A DNA stretch of 64,000 nucleotides. Source: Crocinitomicaceae bacterium (GTDB lineage Bacteria; Bacteroidota; Bacteroidia; Flavobacteriales_D; Crocinitomicaceae). The translations under genes were made by a program, and so were the position numbers. The notes below the pieces were generated by a model. That model was not told the DNA's origin and ran no database searches. It saw nothing but the letters and a program-made list of their open reading frames with translations. The stretch lies in assembly GCA_017983465.1 (NCBI GenBank), contig JAGOBK010000007.1:33685-97684 (forward strand), written 5' to 3'. Of the stretch, positions 29,965 to 38,305 are shown piece by piece. Position 1 is the stretch's first letter. Each line of letters starts with the position of its first letter.

Positions 29965-32787
29965 TTATGCTAATTCCATGTCCAAATATTTCGCCGTATA
30001 TGATTTTTCTTTTGCCTTTTTAATCATTTGTTCAGGAGTTCCGGTAAAAAGAATTTCACCTCCTCTGAATCCACCTTCTGGACCTAGGTCAATGATATGA
30101 TCCGCAATTTTGATGATATCCATGTTGTGTTCAATGACCAAAACGGTATTTCCTTCATCCACCAATCGTTGCAGTACTTCTAGTAACATGCGGATGTCTT
30201 CGAAATGCAATCCTGTGGATGGTTCATCTAAAATATAAATGGTTTTTCCAGTGGCTTTTTTTGCGAGTTCACTTGCCAATTTAATGCGTTGGGCTTCTCC
30301 TCCAGATAAGGTAGTTGATGATTGTCCTAACTTGATGTAGCCTAGTCCAACTTGCAGTAACGTATGAAGTGTTCGGTATATTTTCGGGTGTTTTTCAAAG
30401 AAAGGCACGGACTCTTCGATGGTCATATTTAGGACATCCGAAATGCTTTTTCCTTTGTATCGTACCTCCAAGGTTTCTGGATTGTACCGTTTTCCATTAC
30501 AGGTTTCACATTCGACATAAACATCCGGAAGGAAGTTCATTTCAATCAGTTTTAATCCACCGCCATTGCAGGTTTCGCATTTGCCACCAGCAACATTAAA
30601 CGAAAATCTCCCGGCTTTGTATCCACGTATTTGGGATTCAGGTAATGCAGCAAAAAGACTACGGATTTCATCAAAGACTTTTGTATAGGTAACTGGATTT
30701 GAACGAGGTGTTCTTCCAATTGGACTTTGATCAATTTCAATGACCTTGTCTAAATGTTCTAGTCCATCAATGGACTTATAGCTCAGTGGTTTGCGAATAT
30801 CTTGATGAAAATGGTTCATCAAAAGTGGATAGAGTGTTTGATTGATCAAAGACGATTTCCCACTTCCAGAAACGCCAGTCACACAAGTTAAGGTTCCCAA
30901 AGGTATGCTGAAATTCACATTTTTTAGGTTGTGTCCATTCGCACCTTTCAGTGTAAGCTGCAATCCATTTCCTTTGCGGCGACTTTTCGGCACTTCAATT
31001 TTACGGGTGCCATTTAAGTATTGCGCTGTCAGTGAGTTGCTGGTTAATACGGAGTTTAAATCGCCAGCACTGACAATGTTGCCGCCAAAGGAACCAGCAC
31101 CTGGACCAATATCTACGATAAAGTCGGCTGCCTCAATCATTTCTTTGTCATGTTCAACGACTAAAACGGAATTCCCTACATCCCTCAATCTTTTTAATGA
31201 CTGAATGAGTTTGGTGTTGTCGCGTTGATGCAATCCAATTGATGGTTCATCTAACACATATAATACATTGATTAATTCCGTTCCAATTTGAGTTGCTAGT
31301 CGAATGCGCTGTGCTTCCCCTCCTGACAAACTTTTTGCACTTCGGTGTAAGGTTAAGTAATCCAATCCAACTTCTAAAATGAAGCGAATACGTGTTCGAA
31401 TTTCTTTTAAAATCTCTGCGCCGATTTGCTTTTGATCCGCTGTTAAATGGGATTCAATATCCGTTGCCCAACGATTTAATTGCTCAAAATCCATGAAGGC
31501 AATATCCCCGATGGTTTGATTGTTTAATTTGAACTGTAATGCTTCTTTTCGAATACGTGCACCATGACATTCTGTACATGTTTTTTTATTCATGAATCCC
31601 TGTGCCCAACGTTGAATTCCGGCGGTGCTATCTTCGGAATGACGCGTCATAAAATTGGCAATTCCCTCAAAACGATCTTCGGTGGATTTGGTATTCATTT
31701 CCATGTCCTCATTTCCATACAGAAACAATTGAATCAACTCTTCATCCAAGTCGGCAATCGGCGTATTGAGAGAATATCCTTGTTTGATGAGGATGGCTTC
31801 CATTTTTTCGAAAATCCATACGCGTTTGTATTCGCCAAGCGGTGCAAATCCTCCCTTACGAATCGACAAACTAGGATTTGGAATGATTTTTTCAATATCG
31901 ATTTCACTGACTTCACCTAATCCTTTGCAACTTGGACAAGCACCATAAGGAGAGTTGAAAGAGAAAAGGCTAGGTTCTGGTTCAGGGTAACTAATTCCAC
32001 TTGTTGGACACATGAGGGAACGACTGTAATGTTTTACTTTATCGGATTCGAGGTCCATCACCATCATTGTCGATTCGCCCATTTTCATAGCTACCAAAAC
32101 GGAGTCATAAACACGTTTCTCATCCACTTGTCCAATTAGCATCCGGTCGACAACGACCTCAATATCGTGAATTTTGTAGCGGTCTAATTTCATGCCTTTC
32201 ACGATGTCCTTGATTTCTCCATCCACGCGAACTTTCGTGTATCCATTGCGGAGAATTTGTTCGAAAAGCTCTCGGTAATGTCCTTTTCGGCCTTTAATTT
32301 TTGGCGCAAGAAAGGCTACTTTCTTCCCTTGGAAATCCGAGTGTAATCGTTCGCAAATGGCTTCGTCAGAATATTTTACCATCGGTTCATTCGTGACATA
32401 TGAATATGCAGTGCCGATTCGCGCAAAAAGAAGGCGAAAGAAATCGTAAAGTTCTGTGATGGTTCCAACCGTTGAACGCGGTGAACGGGAAACTGTTTTT
32501 TGTTCAATGGAAATTACCGGACTTAATCCATCAATTTTATCAACGTCTGGACGCTCGAGTCCACCGATAAATTGTTTGACATAACTCGAAAATGTATCGA
32601 TGTAGCGTCGTTGGCCTTCCGCAAAGATGGTGTCAAAAGCAAGGCTTGATTTCCCACTGCCACTTAACCCTGTGAAAACGATTAGCTTGTTTCTGGGTAT
32701 TTGGATGTTAATGTTCTTTAAGTTGTGCTCACGTGCGCCATAAATATCAATGGTTTCTTGTGTGCCTTTATTGGAGTTTTTTGACAT
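29965..32787 (-). CDS. uvrA: excinuclease ABC subunit A
   Basis: 940 aa. Two ABC modules (GLSGSGKSS, GVSGSGKSS), LSGGE signatures and CxxC zinc modules. Confidence 0.95.
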   Translation of the reverse strand: MSKNSNKGTQETIDIYGAREHNLKNINIQIPRNKLIVFTGLSGSGKSSLAFDTIFAEGQRRYIDTFSSYVKQFIGGLERPDVDKIDGLSPVISIEQKTVSRSPRSTVGTITELYDFFRLLFARIGTAYSYVTNEPMVKYSDEAICERLHSDFQGKKVAFLAPKIKGRKGHYRELFEQILRNGYTKVRVDGEIKDIVKGMKLDRYKIHDIEVVVDRMLIGQVDEKRVYDSVLVAMKMGESTMMVMDLESDKVKHYSRSLMCPTSGISYPEPEPSLFSFNSPYGACPSCKGLGEVSEIDIEKIIPNPSLSIRKGGFAPLGEYKRVWIFEKMEAILIKQGYSLNTPIADLDEELIQLFLYGNEDMEMNTKSTEDRFEGIANFMTRHSEDSTAGIQRWAQGFMNKKTCTECHGARIRKEALQFKLNNQTIGDIAFMDFEQLNRWATDIESHLTADQKQIGAEILKEIRTRIRFILEVGLDYLTLHRSAKSLSGGEAQRIRLATQIGTELINVLYVLDEPSIGLHQRDNTKLIQSLKRLRDVGNSVLVVEHDKEMIEAADFIVDIGPGAGSFGGNIVSAGDLNSVLTSNSLTAQYLNGTRKIEVPKSRRKGNGLQLTLKGANGHNLKNVNFSIPLGTLTCVTGVSGSGKSSLINQTLYPLLMNHFHQDIRKPLSYKSIDGLEHLDKVIEIDQSPIGRTPRSNPVTYTKVFDEIRSLFAALPESQIRGYKAGRFSFNVAGGKCETCNGGGLKLIEMNFLPDVYVECETCNGKRYNPETLEVRYKGKSISDVLNMTIEESVPFFEKHPKIYRTLHTLLQVGLGYIKLGQSSTTLSGGEAQRIKLASELAKKATGKTIYILDEPSTGLHFEDIRMLLEVLQRLVDEGNTVLVIEHNMDIIKIADHIIDLGPEGGFRGGEILFTGTPEQMIKKAKEKSYTAKYLDMELA

Positions 32788-32792
32788 TGAAG

Positions 32793-33335
32793 TTAGAATG
32801 GACTAATGAAATCTTTGAACAACGTTCCTGCTTGGTCTTTGGGTGAAATGAGGGGATTTTCCATTTTCCAATCAATTTGCAAGTCGGAATCATTCCATAA
32901 AATACAGCCTTCGTGTTCTTTGGAATAAGTATTTGTGCATTTGTAAGAAAAAATAGTGTCGTCTTCCAAGCTTACAAATCCATGTGCAAATCCAGGGGGA
33001 ATCCAAAGTTGATTGCGTTCGTTGGTGTTTAAGACGATTTTGAAATGTTGTCCATAACTTGGTGAATTCTTGCGAATATCAACTGCCACATCTAGAACAC
33101 TTCCAGAAATTACTTGAACTAATTTTCCTTGATCAAAAGGCGGTGCTTGAAAATGTAAACCGCGCAAAACTCCTTTTTTTGATTTGGAAAGGTTATCTTG
33201 AACAAAGGTTAAATCGGGAATGAATTCCTTATAAGTCTCTTTGTTGAATGATTCAAGAAAAAAGCCTCTTTCATCACCAAACACAGTTGGATAAACGGAC
33301 ACAAGTCCTTTTGGAAATTCGTGTATTGTTTTCAC
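32793..33335 (-). CDS. rfbC: dTDP-4-dehydrorhamnose 3,5-epimerase
   Basis: 180 aa. Cupin fold with DERGFFLESF, RGLHFQ and GFAHGF. Apparent GTG start. Confidence 0.85.
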   Translation of the reverse strand: MKTIHEFPKGLVSVYPTVFGDERGFFLESFNKETYKEFIPDLTFVQDNLSKSKKGVLRGLHFQAPPFDQGKLVQVISGSVLDVAVDIRKNSPSYGQHFKIVLNTNERNQLWIPPGFAHGFVSLEDDTIFSYKCTNTYSKEHEGCILWNDSDLQIDWKMENPLISPKDQAGTLFKDFISPF

Positions 33336-33400
33336 TTTTTATTCTAATTTTTGAACACCCGCAATATTACACGTTTTTAGCGATATCTGCGTTATGGCAA

Positions 33401-33408
33401 TATTTTTG
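33401..33408 (+). promoter_or_regulatory. -7 promoter box TATTTTTG (dacB)
   Basis: TAnnTTTG match 32 nt upstream of ATG 33441. Confidence 0.4.
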
Positions 33409-33440
33409 CATCTTTGTTTTCTCAAATTTTAACATACGAT

Positions 33441-34886
33441 ATGCGCTTTTTGTTCTGCTTGTGTTTTATCCAAATATCATGGAGTCAAGTGAACGTTCAA
33501 CAAACGATGAACGCGTTCGTACAAGATGCGGTTAATCGTCATGCAAAGATTACTTTTCAAGCCGTGGATGTCGAATCAGGACAGGTGATTGCTTCCTACA
33601 ACGAGAATCAAGCGATTCCTGGTGCATCTACCACAAAATTATTTTCAACAGCGACAGCTTTTGAGCTTTTGGGTGAGGATTATCGCATGAAAACACGCGT
33701 TTATTCCGATGGATTCATTGATAAGGACAGTGTGCTACATGGAAACATTTGGATCAGAGGTGGGGGAGACGTGAGTTTAGGAAGTAAATTTTTCTCCTTT
33801 GAAAATCAGGAGTTGAATTTCTTAAATGCCTGGACCGACACCCTTAAATCTAAAGGAATCAAGTTTGTTGAAGGAGCAGTCATCGCAGATGCATCCGAAT
33901 TTGGATACGAAGGAACGCCAGCAAGTTGGCATTCAGGTGATGTTGGAAATTATTATGGAGCGTTTGTCGGAGGAATAAATTTTTACGATAATACCGTTAA
34001 GTTGAAGTTTAATACAGGGAATTCAGGTACGAAAGCACAATTTATTGGAATGTTTCCCGAAGTACCTGGATTTCAGTTAGATAACCAAGTGTTAGCTTCA
34101 AACGTCGCTAGTGATGAAACCATCGTTTATGGTGGAGCATTTGAATTGAATCGTACTATCAAAGGAAGTTTACCGAGTCACGCAACAAATTTCATTGTCA
34201 AAGGAAGCATGCCAGATCCGGAAAATCAATTAGCGATTGAATGGGTAAAGGTGTTGCTTCAGAATGGAATCCAAGTAGAAGACGGTGCGAAGGGCTATCG
34301 TATACATCAGAAAGAATTGCATGCCAACACCTATGATAACAAAACCTTACTTTTTCAAGTGGAAGGAGAAACCGTTAAGGATATAGCGAACTGGACGAAT
34401 TTAAAAAGTGTGAATGTTTTTGCAGATGGACTCGTGTATGCATTGGCGTATCATAAAACGGGAAAGGGAGATTTGACCGTTGGAATAAATATGATCAAAG
34501 ATTTTTGGAAAGACACCATCAACTTAGATGGATTTGAGATTTATGATGGTTGTGGCTTATCACGTTCAAATAGTATTTCAGCTGCTCATTTTTGTAGTTT
34601 GCTGAGGTATATGACAAGTTCGACTAATGCCAACTCTTATAAAAACACATTGCCGATTGCTGGAAAAACGGGAACAGCAAAATCCTTGTGCAAAGGTGAT
34701 GTAGGTGAGGGTAGGGTATTTGCCAAGAGCGGATCCATGCAAGGAGTGAAGTCGTATGCGGGATATATTGATTCAACTTCCGGAAAGAAAATAGCCTTTG
34801 CGATTACGGTGAATGACTTTTCCTGTACAGGAAATCAATTGACTATGAGAATGGAGAAAATTCTCAATGCTTTAGCACAGTATTAG
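33441..34886 (+). CDS. dacB: D-alanyl-D-alanine carboxypeptidase/endopeptidase (PBP4, S13 family)
   Basis: Start re-set to MRFLFCLCF (signal peptide). SxxK motif ASTTKL. KSGSM (KTG-like) box. Confidence 0.8.
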   Translation: MRFLFCLCFIQISWSQVNVQQTMNAFVQDAVNRHAKITFQAVDVESGQVIASYNENQAIPGASTTKLFSTATAFELLGEDYRMKTRVYSDGFIDKDSVLHGNIWIRGGGDVSLGSKFFSFENQELNFLNAWTDTLKSKGIKFVEGAVIADASEFGYEGTPASWHSGDVGNYYGAFVGGINFYDNTVKLKFNTGNSGTKAQFIGMFPEVPGFQLDNQVLASNVASDETIVYGGAFELNRTIKGSLPSHATNFIVKGSMPDPENQLAIEWVKVLLQNGIQVEDGAKGYRIHQKELHANTYDNKTLLFQVEGETVKDIANWTNLKSVNVFADGLVYALAYHKTGKGDLTVGINMIKDFWKDTINLDGFEIYDGCGLSRSNSISAAHFCSLLRYMTSSTNANSYKNTLPIAGKTGTAKSLCKGDVGEGRVFAKSGSMQGVKSYAGYIDSTSGKKIAFAITVNDFSCTGNQLTMRMEKILNALAQY

Positions 34887-35851
34887 TCCTTCAATTCAAA
34901 TTCAACAATCGATTTCCAGAAAGATTCAATGCTGATTTCAGCAACAGACAACATCTGTGGGACAATGCTCGCCGGAGAGAATCCAGGAGTTGTATTCACT
35001 TCAATGACGTGCGGTTCATCACCGACAATCATGAAGTCGATGCGAGATATTGAACGTAATTGGAGTAATTGATAGATTTTTTTTGCGCGCTCCTGCACCT
35101 TGATTGCTATTTCCTTAGGAATACGAGCTGGAGTGATTTCTTGAGATTTCCCATTGTATTTGGCTTCGTAGTCAAAAAACTCGTTCTCAGAAGCAATTTC
35201 AGTTAATGGCAAAGCTTGAATTCCATCATTGGTCTGATAAACACCGCAGGTAACTTCTGTTCCATCTAGAAAAGATTCCAAAACGACCGTTTTCCCTTCC
35301 TGAAAAGCACTTTTCAAGGCTTGATCGAGTTCAGAAACGTGTTTTACTTTCGAAATCCCATAACTTGAACCGGAGTCTGAAGGTTTAACAAAGATGGGAA
35401 GTCCGAGCGTGTTGATGATTTCTTCTGCAGATTTCTCGTGTATAGTTGTTAAAAAGATGGATTTGGCTACCGGAATATCAAAAGCGCGTAAAAACTGATT
35501 ACAATACCATTTGTCAAACGACAACGATGAAGCAAGTGGTCCGGCGTTTAAATAAGGAATTTCGTGCATGTCCAAAAAGGCTTGAATTTTCCCATTTTCA
35601 CCTGGATTTCCATGTATGTAAACGAGTCCGACATCAATTTTATGTTGGATACCTTCATGAGTGAATTGACATGTGTTTAAATCGAATGGTACAGATGTCC
35701 CTTGAAATTCAACGAGCCATTGATCCTTCGAAACAACAATTTTAACGACTTCAAATGTTTTTGGAAAGTTCGCTTGGATGGTGTTAGCGCTTAATATGGA
35801 TATAGCATATTCCGAAGAAAATCCCCCGCAAAATAAACCGATTCGTTTCAT
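34883..35851 (-). CDS. ddl: D-alanine--D-alanine ligase
   Basis: 322 aa. ATP-grasp fold. GENGKIQ and EVNTTPG motifs. Confidence 0.88.
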   Translation of the reverse strand: MKRIGLFCGGFSSEYAISILSANTIQANFPKTFEVVKIVVSKDQWLVEFQGTSVPFDLNTCQFTHEGIQHKIDVGLVYIHGNPGENGKIQAFLDMHEIPYLNAGPLASSLSFDKWYCNQFLRAFDIPVAKSIFLTTIHEKSAEEIINTLGLPIFVKPSDSGSSYGISKVKHVSELDQALKSAFQEGKTVVLESFLDGTEVTCGVYQTNDGIQALPLTEIASENEFFDYEAKYNGKSQEITPARIPKEIAIKVQERAKKIYQLLQLRSISRIDFMIVGDEPHVIEVNTTPGFSPASIVPQMLSVAEISIESFWKSIVEFELKD

Positions 35852-35971
35852 ATCTTTCGTTTAGGTAGCGAAGGTAGTATTAACTTATTTACCAATAAAT
35901 GGAATGCATTAAAAGTTATTATACTAAGGATTGTTAAAACAGAATTTTGAAAATTCGTACCTTCGCGGCCT

Positions 35972-37294
35972 ATGCGTTTATTATACTTTGTTTTTAACAT
36001 TTTCTTGGGTTATTCACTCCGTATGTTTTTTCGTAAAATACGTTTAGTGAATGCCACAAAAAGCCGATTTAGCAGCACTATTTTTGTGAGTAACCATCCT
36101 TCGGCATTTATGGATCCTCTCATCATTTCTGTTTTGAGAAAACCGATAGTGTTCTTTATGACTAGGTCCGATGTGTTTACAAAGTTTTCAAAGCCTTTTT
36201 TAAGGAGTGCGCACATGATTCCGATTTACCGTCAACATGATGGGGGAAATTCGACTGAAAAAAACATAGAGTCCTTTCGAAAAGCGACGGAGGTCTTAAA
36301 CGGAAATCGTAGTTTATTGATTTTTGGTGAAGGAATGACGGATGATGTATTTGAACGACGTATGAAGCCTTTGAAAAAAGGTGCTTTACGCATTGGATTT
36401 ACAGCATTGGAAGGGACGAATTGGAAAAAAGAAATTCGCTTGGTTGCCGTTGGTTGTAATTACACGAATCCAAATGTGATGAGGAGTGATTTGTTAATTG
36501 CGGAATCAAATCCAATCATCCTAAACGACTATAAGGATCAATATTTAGAAAATCCCACAAAAACGATTAACGAATTAAATCGAATGTTGGAATCAGCACT
36601 TATCGGTGTAATTACGCATATTAAATCCGAAAATGATTTTGCCTTTCATGAGCAAGTAATGATGTTGACCCGGAAAGGAATGAATCCAACTTGTTTTGAT
36701 GATCACTATTCCTTGCAACAACGATGGGCTTATTCAAAAGACCTGGCTCATTTTTTAAATCAATTTGAAGGAGTCTTGCCTTCCGAAATTGAGGAGTTAA
36801 AATCTGAACTATCCCTTTATTTTCAGTGCTTAGCGTCAAATGGACTATCGGAAAAAGAACTTTATGAAAACCATGAGCGGCATTCCTTGATGCTTTTCTT
36901 GAAAGTTGTGTTATTAGCGCCTTTTGCGTTTTTAGGAATGCTCCACGCTTATATTCCTTACTATTTTGTCAAGAGATTTGTAGAGAAAACCTTTAAACGT
37001 CAGGTGTTTTGGAACTCCACTAAAATGGTTATTACCATGCTTGCCATGCAGATATTGAATTTGCCGCTGTTGTTTATCCTTCCGGACTTATTAGGTGTAG
37101 ATTTTTGGATTGTTTTTGCTTATTACGTATCCATTGGCTTACTTGGACTGGCATGGTACCAAAGTCGTAAAATGATTAAGCAGCTTATAGCCGCTAGGGA
37201 TTCATCAAAATCTCCAATCGTTACGGAGATGTGGTCAGAGCGCCAGGCATTATTAAAAAGAATTCAGGAGTTAATTCCTGTGAACATTTCATAA
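35972..37294 (+). CDS. PlsC-family acyltransferase with C-terminal membrane extension
   Basis: 440 aa. NHPSAFMDP (HX4D) and FGEGMT motifs. Hydrophobic helices in the C-terminal third. Confidence 0.7.
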   Translation: MRLLYFVFNIFLGYSLRMFFRKIRLVNATKSRFSSTIFVSNHPSAFMDPLIISVLRKPIVFFMTRSDVFTKFSKPFLRSAHMIPIYRQHDGGNSTEKNIESFRKATEVLNGNRSLLIFGEGMTDDVFERRMKPLKKGALRIGFTALEGTNWKKEIRLVAVGCNYTNPNVMRSDLLIAESNPIILNDYKDQYLENPTKTINELNRMLESALIGVITHIKSENDFAFHEQVMMLTRKGMNPTCFDDHYSLQQRWAYSKDLAHFLNQFEGVLPSEIEELKSELSLYFQCLASNGLSEKELYENHERHSLMLFLKVVLLAPFAFLGMLHAYIPYYFVKRFVEKTFKRQVFWNSTKMVITMLAMQILNLPLLFILPDLLGVDFWIVFAYYVSIGLLGLAWYQSRKMIKQLIAARDSSKSPIVTEMWSERQALLKRIQELIPVNIS

Positions 37295-37315
37295 TTCAAC
37301 TTGTTATTGAAACGC

Positions 37316-38188
37316 ATGGAAAATCAAACCGACCAACCTAATATTCGCATTAAAAAACCCAAATGGCTGCGTGTAAAATTACCGACAGGTGAGAATTACC
37401 GCACGGTCCGTGGATTAGTGGACGAACATAAACTACATACCATTTGCGAAAGTGGCAGTTGTCCAAACATGGGTGAATGCTGGGGCGAGGGAACAGCAAC
37501 ATTTATGATTCTGGGCAACATTTGCACGAGATCCTGTGGATTCTGTGCCGTTCAAACTGGAAAACCGGAAGAGGTGGATGAGTTTGAGCCAGGAAGAGTA
37601 GCAAACAGTGTAAAAATCATGGGGGTTAAGCATGCGGTTGTCACTTCTGTGGACCGAGATGACTTAAAAGATGGTGGCGCTGGAATTTGGGCACAAACCG
37701 TTCGAGCAATTCGTCAACAGTCACCTGGAACGACATTAGAAACCTTAATTCCTGATTTTGCTGGAAAATGGGAGAACTTACAGGTACTGATTGATGTCGC
37801 GCCTGAAATTATTTCACATAATTTAGAAACCGTACGACGCCTGACAAAACAAGTGCGAATTCAAGCAAAATACGACAGAAGTTTAGAGGTGCTTTTCCGC
37901 TTAAAAAAAGGTGGAATGAGAACGAAATCAGGTGTGATGCTCGGACTCGGAGAAAGTGAGGATGAGGTCATAGAAACCATGCAGGATTTAAGGTCTGTTG
38001 GGGTAGATATATTAACCTTAGGACAATACCTACAGCCAACACCAAAACATTTGCCGGTGGTTGAATTCATTGAACCTATGCAATTTGAAAAATACCGCAT
38101 CTTAGGTTTGGAAATGGGATTCAGATTCGTAGAAAGTGGACCACTTGTGCGTTCCTCTTATCACGCTGAAAAACATTTGTTCGATTGA
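37316..38188 (+). CDS. lipA: lipoyl synthase
   Basis: Start re-set to [29 protein letters not shown] and CTRSCGFC clusters. Confidence 0.92.
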   Translation: MENQTDQPNIRIKKPKWLRVKLPTGENYRTVRGLVDEHKLHTICESGSCPNMGECWGEGTATFMILGNICTRSCGFCAVQTGKPEEVDEFEPGRVANSVKIMGVKHAVVTSVDRDDLKDGGAGIWAQTVRAIRQQSPGTTLETLIPDFAGKWENLQVLIDVAPEIISHNLETVRRLTKQVRIQAKYDRSLEVLFRLKKGGMRTKSGVMLGLGESEDEVIETMQDLRSVGVDILTLGQYLQPTPKHLPVVEFIEPMQFEKYRILGLEMGFRFVESGPLVRSSYHAEKHLFD

Positions 38189-38305
38189 TTAGTTGATTTT
38201 TGGTTTAAATTCAGTTTTAAATTTTTTTTGAAGTTAATTTTGTATTAATTTTAAGGAATATTGCTTATTTTGGCAGTCGTAATTAGTAAAGTAAAAAAAT
38301 AGTCT

